Below, piece by piece: positions 9,010-18,420 of a DNA stretch of 64,000 nucleotides. How positions within the stretch are numbered: the first letter of the stretch is position 1; each line of letters opens with the position of its first letter. The position numbers and the translations under genes are program-made. A model generated the notes under the pieces. The model was not told the DNA's origin, ran no database searches, and saw only the letters and a list, made by a program, of their open reading frames with translations. This DNA comes from Vicinamibacterales bacterium (lineage in GTDB: Bacteria; Acidobacteriota; Vicinamibacteria; Vicinamibacterales; UBA2999): assembly GCA_040081265.1 (NCBI GenBank), contig JBEBGV010000003.1, positions 1,115 to 65,114 on the forward strand, given 5' to 3'.

Positions 9010-11875
9010 CCTCTGTGCCGCGCTGCGAAGTCGTCAGTCGAAAGTGCCCGCCAAGGTGCTCGGCCCGCTCCCTCATGGTGACGAGCCCGAAGTGTCCCGA
9101 CGGCACCGTCGTTTCGAGGAACCCGCGGCCGTTGTCGGTGATCCGCAGTGCGATGACCGAACGTTCAAACGAGAGCGCGATGGTGACCTCGGTCGGTTGA
9201 CCGTGGCGGACCGCATTGCCAAGTGCTTCCTGTGCGATACGCAGAAGCTCGCCTTCGACGGCCGGGCTGCACCTGTACGGGGTGCCCCTGACCACCAGCC
9301 GGCAGCGTGCCGCGCTGCCGCTGGTCGCACGCGCTCCCGCGTCTTCGAGCGCGACGATGAGGTCACCTGTCGTCATGACAGGCACGCCCGCGCGCATGTT
9401 CCGTATCGTTCGCCGCGCTTCGGCGATCGAGTCCTCAATGTCCCGGCGAACGCCCATGAGCTGGGCGCGTGCCTGTTCGGGCGCCTGCGCGACAGCGTCC
9501 ACCTTCAAGGCAACGCCGACCATGTTCTGCAGCAGCGTGTCATGCAGTTCGCGACTGAGCCGGGCGCGTTCGGCGAGGACCAGACCGAACTCGCGGCGCA
9601 CCTGGCGCAGTCGCAGGCGCCACGCGGTGGCGAGGGCGGCCGCCAGGCCGAGTGTGCACAGCAGATAGAAACCCGGTCGCTGGTAGAAGACGGGCGCGAC
9701 CGAGAAGGACCACTCGGCCAGCGACTCCTGCCACACGCCGTCGGTGTCGCTCACCTGAACCCGGAACCGATAGTCACGCGGACGAAGGTTGGTGTAGAAG
9801 GCCTGGCGGCGAGGGCCGGCATCCTGCCAGTCGGTTTCGAAGCCCTCGAGCCGGTAGCGGAAACGCAGCCGGTCCGGGGAGGTCAGGTTGAGCGCGGTGT
9901 AGTCGATGCGCAGGCGACTGGCTCCCGCGGGCAGTGGCTCCCGTCGACCCACCGACACGCGGACGCCGTCAACCAGTGCGGCCTCCACCCGGACGCGACC
10001 ACTCGAATTCGCCTTTGCCAGCGCGCGGCGCGGCTCGATGATCGTCAATCCGCGACCGGTCACAAACCACAGACGTCCATCGTCTGCGCGAGCCGCGGTG
10101 TGAGTGTCGAGCGTCGTGGGCACGCCGGCCAGACCGTGGGAGGTGTCGACGACCCGCACGTGCACCCGGGTGGACGGGTCGGCGAGTGTGCGGGCGATCT
10201 CCGACCTCGCGAGCTGTCCGATGCCATTGGGGAACGCGATCCACAGTCCGCCGTCGGTGTCGCCGGTCAGGCCAAGGACGCGCCTGGCCGGCAGGCCCTG
10301 GTCGCGCTCCAGCGTCTGGAATCGATTGCCCACGCGGTGACTCAGGCCGTTGCTCCCAACGACCCACAGTCCCGTCTTGGTGTCGTCGTAGAAGCCCCGA
10401 ATCGCTTCGTGCTCGAGGCCGGCCCCCCGCCCGTACGTCGCGAACGCCCCGCTCTCGCTGACGGCACCAAGCGTGCCGTCCTCGAAGGCCATCCAGACCG
10501 TGCCCTCCACGTCTGAGTGGAGTATGCGGACACGGCTCACCGACGACGAAGGCGGTAACGGGTATGGACGCAGTTCCTCATCGGTCCATCGCCACAGTCC
10601 CCTCGCGGCATCGGCGAACCACACGGCGTGGCGGCGATCGGAAGTGATTGAGACTACCCTCGTGAATGGTTGCCCCGAGGGGGATGGGATCGCGGTGAAA
10701 CGTCCCGAAGAGAGCCAGGACAGCCCGTCCCGCGAAGCCACCCAGACCTTTCCCCGGGCGTCCGCATGGAGCGTGCGGACGCCGGCGATCGGGAAGATCT
10801 TCCGCGTGGGTGTGTCGGGCGATGCGCCCGGGGACAGCCGGATGACCCCCTCGGAACTGGCGGCCCACATCACGCCGGCAATCCCCCTTGAAATCGTTGA
10901 CGTGATGCCGAGGTCCACGAGCGGCGTGACAATGTGCCTGGAGAGCCGATTCAGCCCTTCGTGGGTCCCCACCCAGATGTTGCCCTCGCGGTCCTCGAGG
11001 AGCGACCAGATGCCGTCGCTCATCAGTCCAGCCTGCAGGGTCACTCGCTCGAGCGTGTCGTTCGCCCGATCAATCAGCCACAGCCCCTGTCCCACGGTGC
11101 CCAGCCACAGGCGTCCACGGTGGTCTGCGAGCAGTTCGGACCCACGGCCCGCCAGCGATGGGGCGCGACGGTCGTCGACGCCGACCTGGCGGTAGCCACG
11201 CGTGGAATCGGTGACCCAGATGTTGCCGTCCCGATCCGTCAGGGAACTGCGAAGGGGTTCATCGCCGCCGTCGACGTGTGCAAAACGTCCACTGGTCGAG
11301 GTGCGCAGGAAGAGACCCGATGAGGTGGCCGCGACGACTGTCTCACCGCTGGTGTGGAGGTGAAGCACGCGATCGGCCGTCATGCCCTGCTCTGCGCCCA
11401 CCGGGGTCCACCGGTCTCCGGTGCGTTGCAGCAGGCCGTTATCGTGAGCCACCCAGATGGTGCCGGCGGCGTCTCTCGCGAACCCGTTGATGTTGCCAGG
11501 CAGCGCCCGCGGCTGGCTGGACTCGCGCAGTTGCCCGGCCGCCAGCTGATGGATGCCACCGCCGTCGCCAAGACCAATCCAGAGCGCTCCATCGCTCTGG
11601 AAGAGGAGCGCGCGTACTGGCAGCCTCGGGAGCGACCCGCCGGCCAGACTCTCGACCGGGACGAAATGCAGCCCGTCGAATCGAAAGAGCCCCGAACTCG
11701 TGCCCAGCCAGAGGTAGCCGTCCCTGTCCTGGGCCATGGCACGGACGGCACCTAGCGTCACACCGTCCTCGCCACTCCACGAGGACACCGTGTAGCCGCT
11801 CAGTGGACGAACAGATGTAGCCGCCACCGCATCGGCGGTCACCAGCACGGCGAGCACCGCAAGGACGAGCGCCAT
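8975..11875 (-). CDS. sensor histidine kinase with periplasmic two-component-regulator propeller repeats, Y_Y_Y domain, HisKA_3 and HATPase
   Basis: I trimmed the 1183-aa track ORF to ATG at 11875 (MALVLAVLAVLVTADAVA signal). About 12 repeats of the form D..G.LW.G...GL are present. The Y_Y_Y segment is LRFRYRLEGFETDWQ...YRFRVQV. One TM helix follows, then the ERARLSRELHD H-box and the ITDNGRGF ATPase motif. Confidence 0.85.
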   Translation of the reverse strand: MALVLAVLAVLVTADAVAATSVRPLSGYTVSSWSGEDGVTLGAVRAMAQDRDGYLWLGTSSGLFRFDGLHFVPVESLAGGSLPRLPVRALLFQSDGALWIGLGDGGGIHQLAAGQLRESSQPRALPGNINGFARDAAGTIWVAHDNGLLQRTGDRWTPVGAEQGMTADRVLHLHTSGETVVAATSSGLFLRTSTSGRFAHVDGGDEPLRSSLTDRDGNIWVTDSTRGYRQVGVDDRRAPSLAGRGSELLADHRGRLWLGTVGQGLWLIDRANDTLERVTLQAGLMSDGIWSLLEDREGNIWVGTHEGLNRLSRHIVTPLVDLGITSTISRGIAGVMWAASSEGVIRLSPGASPDTPTRKIFPIAGVRTLHADARGKVWVASRDGLSWLSSGRFTAIPSPSGQPFTRVVSITSDRRHAVWFADAARGLWRWTDEELRPYPLPPSSSVSRVRILHSDVEGTVWMAFEDGTLGAVSESGAFATYGRGAGLEHEAIRGFYDDTKTGLWVVGSNGLSHRVGNRFQTLERDQGLPARRVLGLTGDTDGGLWIAFPNGIGQLARSEIARTLADPSTRVHVRVVDTSHGLAGVPTTLDTHTAARADDGRLWFVTGRGLTIIEPRRALAKANSSGRVRVEAALVDGVRVSVGRREPLPAGASRLRIDYTALNLTSPDRLRFRYRLEGFETDWQDAGPRRQAFYTNLRPRDYRFRVQVSDTDGVWQESLAEWSFSVAPVFYQRPGFYLLCTLGLAAALATAWRLRLRQVRREFGLVLAERARLSRELHDTLLQNMVGVALKVDAVAQAPEQARAQLMGVRRDIEDSIAEARRTIRNMRAGVPVMTTGDLIVALEDAGARATSGSAARCRLVVRGTPYRCSPAVEGELLRIAQEALGNAVRHGQPTEVTIALSFERSVIALRITDNGRGFLETTVPSGHFGLVTMRERAEHLGGHFRLTTSQRGTEVEATIPATSLS

Positions 11876-11983
11876 GAGAAGGCGGCGATTATAGCCGCGA
11901 AGTCCGGCACCACGGCTAACCCTTTTGCGGTATTGTTCGCGCGGCACGGAGCCATTACCGTTCGCGGATTCTGAGGAGGAACG

Positions 11984-14900
11984 ATGCACCCACTGTTTGT
12001 CCGTGTGCTGGGAGCCGCTGTTCTCGTTGCGATCCCCGCGCTCGTGTTTGCGCAGGCTGAAATTTCGGGTGTCGTCAGGGACACGTCCGGGGCGGTCTTG
12101 CCCGGCGTGACGGTGGAGGCGGCCAGCCCCGCCCTGATTGAGAAAGTCCGGACGGTCGTCGCCGACGGCTCCGGCCAGTACCGCATCGTCGACCTCCGTC
12201 CGGGGGTCTACAACGTCACGTTCACCCTCGCCGGGTTCAATACCGTACGCCGGGAAGCGCTCGAGGTGACCGGCTCTGGAGCCTTCACCGTCAATGCCGA
12301 CATGCGCGTCGGCGCGCTGGAAGAAACGATCACCGTGACCGGCAACGCCCCGGTGGTCGACGTCCAGACGACGACGCGGCAGCAGGTCCTCAGCCGGGAA
12401 GTACTCGACAAGATTCCCAGTGCACGCAACTACTACAGCCTTGGCGTGCTGATTCCGAGCGTCAACTCCAACACCACCGACGTCGGCGGTGCGAGTGGTG
12501 ACGCGATGGCTCAGCTCTCCGTGCACGGCAGCCGGCCGTCAAGCCAGCGGATCACGCAGAACGGTGTCAGCACGGCCGGCCTCTCCGGAAGCGGTGGCTT
12601 CTCGGGCAACGTGCCCAACGTGGGCGCCGCATCTGAAGTCACCATTGATACCAACGCCGCCTCGGCGGAGCTCGCAACCGGTGGCGTGCGCATCAACTTC
12701 GTCCCGCGCGACGGCGGCAACACGACCACGGGATCCGTGTTCTTCAATATCGCGCACGAAGACTTTCTCGCCGCCAGCAACTACACCGATCGGCTGAAGG
12801 CCACAGGCCTCTCGGCTCCCGGCTCGATCAAGAAGAACTGGGACTTTGCCCCTGGTGCCGGCGGGCCGATCCTGCGCGATCGTCTCTGGTACTACGGCAC
12901 CGCCCGCTATCAGGGTGCCCAGAGCTATGCCGCTGGCATGTTCCACAACAAGAATGCCTTCAACCCCGCGAGCTGGACCTACGAGCCTGACACCAGCAGG
13001 CCGGCGCTCTCGGCCAACGGCGACTGGGAGCAGGCCAAGATGCGCATGACGTGGCAGGCGAATGCCAAGAACAAGTTCGCCGGCGAATGGGAGCAGCAGT
13101 CCTATTGCCGCTGCCCGAATGGCATCAGCGCCGTGGTGGCTCCCGAAGCGGCCCGTGACCGTCGCTTCCCGACGCAGCGCATGCTCATGGCTGAATGGAG
13201 CGCACCGGTGACGAGCCGGTTGCTGCTCGAGGCTGTGGCGCTGCACCGCAATACCGGCTGGGGCGAAGTGCACCTGCAGCCGTCGGGGTCGCTCGACGAT
13301 CCCGCGTCAATCGCCGCGTATCCACAGATGATCTCCGTCGTGGAACAGTCGACGGGCCTGCGGTATCGCTCCGCCGAGAACTTCAACAAGAACTACAACG
13401 ACAACTACTTCTATCGAGCCGCGGTGTCCTACATCACCGGCAGCCACGCGGCGAAGTTCGGCTTCAACAACACGCAAGGCGCGTTGCGCGACCGCACCTA
13501 CGACTTCCAGCCGGTCAACTATCGCTTCAACAACGGCGTTCCGAACCAGCTCACCGTCTACGCCACCCCCTACGTCAACCAGGCGGAGGAGGATGCCGAC
13601 CTTGGCCTGTACGTGCAGGACCGATGGACGCTCGGCCGGGTGACGCTGATGGGCGGCCTGCGCTACGACTCGTTCAAAACGCACTTTCCCGAAATCAAGC
13701 TGGGGCCAGGACCGCTCGTCCCCTCCAGGAACCTCACGTTCCCGGAGACAGAGAACCTGGCGTGGAAAGACATCACGCCGCGGTCGGGAATGTCGTTTGA
13801 CGTGTTCGGCAACGGCAAGACCGCACTCAAAGTGACGCTGAACAAGTATCTCGAGGGTCAGGCGCTCTCGACCAATACGCTGGCCGGGACGCCGAGTCCC
13901 TTCCGCACGCTGGTGCTCAGCACGACCCGGGCCTGGACCGATGCCAACCGGAACTTCGTGCCGGACTGCGACCTGCTCACGCCGGGTGCCAACGGCGAGT
14001 GCGGCGCGCTCGCCAATCAGAACTTCGGCAACGCGGTTCCGGGTGCGCAGTTCGACCCCGACCTGCTGCGCGGATGGAACAACCGGTTTTCCAACTGGGA
14101 GTTCTCGACGAGCCTCCAGCATGAAGTGCTCCCGCGGGTTTCGGTAGATGTGGGCTTCTTCCGCCGCTGGTACGCCAACTTTCAGGTGACCGACAACCTG
14201 CGCGTTGAAGCGTCGGACTTCAACAGCTTCAGCATGGTCGCTCCTGCCGATGCCAGGCTCCCGGGGGGCGGCGGATACACACTCAGCGGTCTCGTGAACG
14301 TCAGCCCGGCGAAGTTCGGCCAGTCGCTCGAGTACAACTCGTTGTCCAAGAAATACGGGACGCAGACCGAGCATTGGAACGGTGTCGACTTCACCGTGCA
14401 GATGCGGGCCGTCGGCGGAGTCCTCTTGACCGGCGGCGTCAGCACCGGCCGACGGACCACCGACAACTGCGACATCGTGGCGAAGATGCCCGAGATGCTG
14501 CTCGGCGCTCAGAACCTCACCAGCGCGAACAACAACGTCTGGCTTCCGGGCCAGTGGTGCAAACAGACCGAGCCGTTCCTCACCCAGGTGAAGGGCTTCG
14601 GCAGCTACACGATCCCGAAGATCGATCTGCAGGTGTCGGGGTCGCTTCAGAGCATTCCCGGTCCGATCGTGGCGGCGAACTTCATCGTCAGCAACGCCAC
14701 GGCGCAGTCGTCGCTCGGTCGGCCGCTGGCGGGTGGAGTGGCCAACATCACCGCCAACATCGTCGAGCCGGGGTCGACCTATGGCGAGCGGCTCAACCAG
14801 GTGGACCTGCGATTCGGCAAGCTGCTGCGTGCGGGCGGAACGAGGACGACGCTGGCGCTCGATCTCTACAATGCGCTCAACGTTGATACCATCCTGACGC

Positions 14901-14986
14901 AGAACAACAACTTTGCGGCGTGGCAGCGGCCGCAGAGCGTGATCCAGGCGCGCTTCGCGAAGATCACCGTGCAGTTCGACTTCTAG
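11984..14986 (+). CDS. TonB-dependent receptor-like outer-membrane protein with N-terminal carboxypeptidase-regulatory-like domain
   Basis: 1000 aa. It has a signal peptide ending VFAQAE, a CarboxypepD_reg pattern (ISGVVRDTSGAVLPGVTVEA...GQYRIVDLRPGVYNVTF) and a beta-barrel C-terminus ending in F (ITVQFDF). A GAGGAGG Shine-Dalgarno lies upstream. Confidence 0.85.
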   Translation: MHPLFVRVLGAAVLVAIPALVFAQAEISGVVRDTSGAVLPGVTVEAASPALIEKVRTVVADGSGQYRIVDLRPGVYNVTFTLAGFNTVRREALEVTGSGAFTVNADMRVGALEETITVTGNAPVVDVQTTTRQQVLSREVLDKIPSARNYYSLGVLIPSVNSNTTDVGGASGDAMAQLSVHGSRPSSQRITQNGVSTAGLSGSGGFSGNVPNVGAASEVTIDTNAASAELATGGVRINFVPRDGGNTTTGSVFFNIAHEDFLAASNYTDRLKATGLSAPGSIKKNWDFAPGAGGPILRDRLWYYGTARYQGAQSYAAGMFHNKNAFNPASWTYEPDTSRPALSANGDWEQAKMRMTWQANAKNKFAGEWEQQSYCRCPNGISAVVAPEAARDRRFPTQRMLMAEWSAPVTSRLLLEAVALHRNTGWGEVHLQPSGSLDDPASIAAYPQMISVVEQSTGLRYRSAENFNKNYNDNYFYRAAVSYITGSHAAKFGFNNTQGALRDRTYDFQPVNYRFNNGVPNQLTVYATPYVNQAEEDADLGLYVQDRWTLGRVTLMGGLRYDSFKTHFPEIKLGPGPLVPSRNLTFPETENLAWKDITPRSGMSFDVFGNGKTALKVTLNKYLEGQALSTNTLAGTPSPFRTLVLSTTRAWTDANRNFVPDCDLLTPGANGECGALANQNFGNAVPGAQFDPDLLRGWNNRFSNWEFSTSLQHEVLPRVSVDVGFFRRWYANFQVTDNLRVEASDFNSFSMVAPADARLPGGGGYTLSGLVNVSPAKFGQSLEYNSLSKKYGTQTEHWNGVDFTVQMRAVGGVLLTGGVSTGRRTTDNCDIVAKMPEMLLGAQNLTSANNNVWLPGQWCKQTEPFLTQVKGFGSYTIPKIDLQVSGSLQSIPGPIVAANFIVSNATAQSSLGRPLAGGVANITANIVEPGSTYGERLNQVDLRFGKLLRAGGTRTTLALDLYNALNVDTILTQNNNFAAWQRPQSVIQARFAKITVQFDF

Positions 14987-14999
14987 GCGGGGGAGAGAC

Positions 15000-16463
15000 A
15001 TGAGGGTTCGCGCTCATCAGATAGCCGGTGCCGTCCTGGTCGCTGCTGCGGCGGTGTACCTCGGTTCGCGACCAGAGGTCGGCGTCCAGGCGCAGGCACC
15101 TGCGCCTGCGCAGGCGGCTCGACCCAACATCGTCCTGATCATCACCGACGATGTGGGCTATGGGGACATCGGCAGTTACGGCGCGCCCGATATCAAGACC
15201 CCGAACATCGACAGCATCGGCCGCGCGGGCGTGAGGTTCACCGACTTCTACGCCAACGCTCCGCTGTGCAGCCCGACACGAGCTGGACTCGTCTCGGGTC
15301 GGTACCAACAGCGCTTTGCCATTGAAGCGGCGCTGGGGAACGCCACCGGCCCGGCCATCGATCAGGGGCTTCCTGCCGACGGCCGTTCGATGCCGCAGTT
15401 GCTCAAGGAGGGCGGATACGCCACCGCCCTTGTCGGAAAGTGGCATCTGGGCTACCGGCCGGAGCGCAGCCCGAATGCACACGGCTACGACTATTTCTAC
15501 GGCTTCAAGAGCGGCTACATCGACTACTACCAGCACACCGGCGGCGATGGCCAGCCGGATTTCTTCGAGAACGACAAACCAGCCACCGAAGAGGGTTACT
15601 CGACCGACCTGTTCACGGCGCGAGCCACCAGGTTCATCGAGCAGAACGCCCAGCGCCCGTTCTTCCTGGAGCTTGCCTACAACGCGGCGCACTGGCCCTA
15701 TCAGGTGCCCGACAAGCCGTCGGTGGCCATCGGGAACGCCAGGCATCTGCAACCGCACGACGACAGCACCAGCACCCGAGCCGACTATGTGGCGATCATG
15801 GAGCGCGCCGATCAGGGTATCGGACAGGTGCTTCGCACCCTCGATCGCCTCAACCTCGCCCGTAACACCATCGTCGTCTACACCAACGACAACGGAGGCG
15901 AGTGGCTGTCGAGCAATGCCCCGCTCTTCCACCGCAAGTGGACGCTGTGGGAAGGCGGGATTCGAGTTCCGGCGGTGATCCGCTGGCCCGGCCGGATTCC
16001 GGCAGGGCGGGTGACACCCCAGGTGGGGATCACCATGGACCTCAGTGCCTCACTGCTTGCCGCCGCAGGAGTGGCTGTGCCCGCCGACACGAAGTACGAG
16101 GGCATCAACCTCTTTCCCATCCTCGAGGGCAAGGCTCCCGTGGTCGAACGGACCCTCTATTGGCGAACGCTGGTCGGCGGATTTCAGCAGCGCGCGATCC
16201 GCGTCGGCGACATGAAACTCATCGTCGATGGCAACGCGACGATGCTGTTCGATGTGCGGAGAGATCTGGGTGAGCGCAACGATCTGGCCAAACGCCAGCA
16301 GGCGCTCGCTGCCCGGCTGCGGCCGATGCTGAATGCGTGGGAAGCGGACGTGGACGCCGAGGCCATTCGTCGGAACCTCAAAGCGCCGCCCCCGGCCCGA
16401 GGCGGTGGCGCTGGTCGTGGCGCAGCGCCGGCTGGTGGCCGCGGGCAGGCACCGCCGGACTGA
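15000..16463 (+). CDS. arylsulfatase-family sulfatase (formylglycine type)
   Basis: 487 aa with motif PNIVLIITDDVGYGD and the formylglycine signature CSPTRAGLVSGR. The C-terminus is a Gly/Arg/Ala/Pro-rich tail. Confidence 0.9.
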   Translation: MRVRAHQIAGAVLVAAAAVYLGSRPEVGVQAQAPAPAQAARPNIVLIITDDVGYGDIGSYGAPDIKTPNIDSIGRAGVRFTDFYANAPLCSPTRAGLVSGRYQQRFAIEAALGNATGPAIDQGLPADGRSMPQLLKEGGYATALVGKWHLGYRPERSPNAHGYDYFYGFKSGYIDYYQHTGGDGQPDFFENDKPATEEGYSTDLFTARATRFIEQNAQRPFFLELAYNAAHWPYQVPDKPSVAIGNARHLQPHDDSTSTRADYVAIMERADQGIGQVLRTLDRLNLARNTIVVYTNDNGGEWLSSNAPLFHRKWTLWEGGIRVPAVIRWPGRIPAGRVTPQVGITMDLSASLLAAAGVAVPADTKYEGINLFPILEGKAPVVERTLYWRTLVGGFQQRAIRVGDMKLIVDGNATMLFDVRRDLGERNDLAKRQQALAARLRPMLNAWEADVDAEAIRRNLKAPPPARGGGAGRGAAPAGGRGQAPPD

Positions 16464-16478
16464 GGCTGAGGGCCAGCT

Positions 16479-16499
16479 GGCGGGTCCTCCGGACACGCC
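16479..16499. repeat. REP-like GC hairpin (imperfect copy)
   Basis: GGCGGGTCC-tcc-GGACACGCC has one mismatch and is followed by TACGT. It lies 16 nt after the sulfatase stop. Confidence 0.5.
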
Positions 16500-16515
16500 G
16501 TACGTTGCGGATTGT

Positions 16516-16550
16516 CTCGTAGGCCGGGTCCAATGGACCCGGCCTACGAG
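16516..16550. repeat. REP-like GC hairpin (bidirectional terminator position)
   Basis: CTCGTAGGCCGGGTCC-aat-GGACCCGGCCTACGAG has perfect 16-bp arms. It lies between the convergent sulfatase and gatA genes. Confidence 0.7.
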
Positions 16551-16555
16551 AGATA

Positions 16556-18022
16556 TCAGAGCGAGGGCGACTCGGTGTGCCAGGACGTGGCGCGCTCGAA
16601 CGCATCTGCCGTCCGCAGCATCGTCGCTTCATCAAACATCCGGCCCATCAACTGCAGACCGATCGGGAGTTTCGCGCCGGTGAAGCCGCAGGGCACGCTG
16701 ATGCCGGGCAGGCCCGCCAGGTTAGCGCTGACAGTGAAGACGTCGGCAAGGTACATCTGCAACGGGTCTTCGGTCTTCTCGCCCAGCCTGAAGGGTGGAA
16801 TCGGGCTGGTCGGCATTGCGATCACGTCCGCACCTTCGAACGCTCGATCGAAATCTCGCCGCAGGAGGGTCCTGACCTGCTGGGCCTTGAGGTAGAACGC
16901 GTCGTAGTACCCGGCACTGAGGACGTACGTGCCAAGCATGATGCGGCGCTTCACCTCGGCGCCGAAGCCTTCGTCGCGCGTCCGGTTGTACATGGCCTTG
17001 AGTCCGTCGGTGCGACCAAGCGTGGCGCGGAAACCGTACTTCACGCCGTCGTAGCGGGCGAGATTGGAACTCGCCTCGGCGGTGCAGATCAGGTAGTAGA
17101 CGGGAATCGCGGCTCTGGCGTGCGGCAGATCGATGTCGACAATCACCGCCCCCGCACGCGCGAGCGTGTCGAGGGCGCGTTCGAACGCGAGGCGAACTTC
17201 CTCGTCGACCCCCTCTGAGACGAAGGCGCGTGGGACGCCAACCCGCACGCCGCGCACGTCGCCGGTCAGCGCGCTGGTGAACTCGGGCACGCTCGTCGCG
17301 ACCGTTGTCGCATCCGCGCCGTCGCTCCCCGCTATCGCCGTCAGCGTCAGGGCGGCGTCACGGACTCGTCGGGAGAATGGTCCGATCTGGTCGAGGGACG
17401 AGGCAAACGCCAGCAGCCCATAGCGAGACACGCGGCCGTACGTCGGCTTCAGTCCGACCACGCCACAGAAAGAACCGGGTTGACGGATCGACCCGCCAGT
17501 GTCGGAGCCGAGGGCGAGCGGAGCGCAATGCGCAGCGACGGCCGCGGCCGAGCCCCCGCTCGAGCCACCTGGCGTGCGGTCGAGGGCCCACGGGTTCTTT
17601 GTCGGCCCGTAGGCGGAGTTCTCGGTCGAGGAGCCCATGGCGAACTCATCACAATTGGTCTTGCCCAGAACGATCGCGCCGGCGGCCTCGAGCTTCATCA
17701 CGGCCGTTGCCGTGTAGGGCGGGACGAAGGTATCGAGGATGCGAGACGCTGCCGTCGTGCGCATGCCCCGCACGCACAGATTGTCCTTGAGCGCGATCGG
17801 CACGCCCGCCAGCGGCCCGAGGGGAGTTCCCGAGGCACGCTGCGCGTCCACGCGTCCGGCGGCGTCGAGCGCGCGGTCGGCATCGATCAGCGTGAACGCG
17901 TTGAGCTGCGGGTTGAGCGCCTGCGCGCGATCGAGAAACGCCCTGCAGACCTCAGTTGCCGATACCTGCCCGTCGGTGACCGCGTCACGGATTTCAGTGG
18001 CTGTGAGAGCGGTCACGGTCAT
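16556..18022 (-). CDS. gatA: Asp-tRNA(Asn)/Glu-tRNA(Gln) amidotransferase subunit A
   Basis: 488 aa with the amidase signature [12 protein letters not shown]. The start overlaps the gatC stop. Confidence 0.95.
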   Translation of the reverse strand: MTVTALTATEIRDAVTDGQVSATEVCRAFLDRAQALNPQLNAFTLIDADRALDAAGRVDAQRASGTPLGPLAGVPIALKDNLCVRGMRTTAASRILDTFVPPYTATAVMKLEAAGAIVLGKTNCDEFAMGSSTENSAYGPTKNPWALDRTPGGSSGGSAAAVAAHCAPLALGSDTGGSIRQPGSFCGVVGLKPTYGRVSRYGLLAFASSLDQIGPFSRRVRDAALTLTAIAGSDGADATTVATSVPEFTSALTGDVRGVRVGVPRAFVSEGVDEEVRLAFERALDTLARAGAVIVDIDLPHARAAIPVYYLICTAEASSNLARYDGVKYGFRATLGRTDGLKAMYNRTRDEGFGAEVKRRIMLGTYVLSAGYYDAFYLKAQQVRTLLRRDFDRAFEGADVIAMPTSPIPPFRLGEKTEDPLQMYLADVFTVSANLAGLPGISVPCGFTGAKLPIGLQLMGRMFDEATMLRTADAFERATSWHTESPSL

Positions 18023-18321
18023 CCGCCGATCACCCTGGGCACGCGGAAGAGTCCGACTTCGGGAGCTCCGTCTGGTGCATTGGCCAGCATGTCCGCTGTG
18101 GACAGCGACGGCACCGGCTCGTCCGCACGCTCATGCCCTTCGGCGCCGTGCACCTGCGCCGTTGCTGGCACTCCGGTGGTGTCTATCTGCTGCACCTGTT
18201 CGGCATACGCCAGGACGTCAGCGAGCTGTTTCGTGAACAGCGTCTTTTCGGCGTCGGTCAGTTCCAGGTGTGCGAGCGCGGCGATACGTTCGACGTCAGC
18301 GATGGACAGTGTGGTGGACAC
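18019..18321 (-). CDS. gatC: Asp-tRNA(Asn)/Glu-tRNA(Gln) amidotransferase subunit C
   Basis: 100 aa located directly upstream of and overlapping gatA. The N-terminus is [19 protein letters not shown]. It uses a GTG start, and I see no obvious Shine-Dalgarno. Confidence 0.9.
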   Translation of the reverse strand: MSTTLSIADVERIAALAHLELTDAEKTLFTKQLADVLAYAEQVQQIDTTGVPATAQVHGAEGHERADEPVPSLSTADMLANAPDGAPEVGLFRVPRVIGG

Positions 18322-18343
18322 AGAAGGCGACTATACCAAGTTC

Positions 18344-18412
18344 GAAGTGGGAAGTGAGAAGTGGGAAGTGCGAAGTGCGAAGTGGAAGTCTGGAGTGGGA
18401 AGTGGGAAGTAA
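18344..18412. repeat. heptanucleotide microsatellite (GAAGTGN), about 10 units
   Basis: The units are GAAGTGG GAAGTGA GAAGTGG GAAGTGC GAAGTGC GAAGTG GAAGTCT GGAGTGG GAAGTGG GAAGTAA. The run lies between the SGNH hydrolase stop (18421) and the gatC start (18321). Confidence 0.9.
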
Positions 18413-18420
18413 GTATGAAG

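Noticed and set aside
11876-12526. N-terminal 217-aa extension of the sensor kinase ORF
   Set aside because: It overlaps the start of the divergent receptor gene and its promoter region. A proper signal/TM segment begins at the internal ATG at 11875.
13307-15001. 564-aa ORF on the minus strand
   Set aside because: It is antisense to the TonB-dependent receptor gene, Arg-rich and low in complexity, with no recognisable domain.
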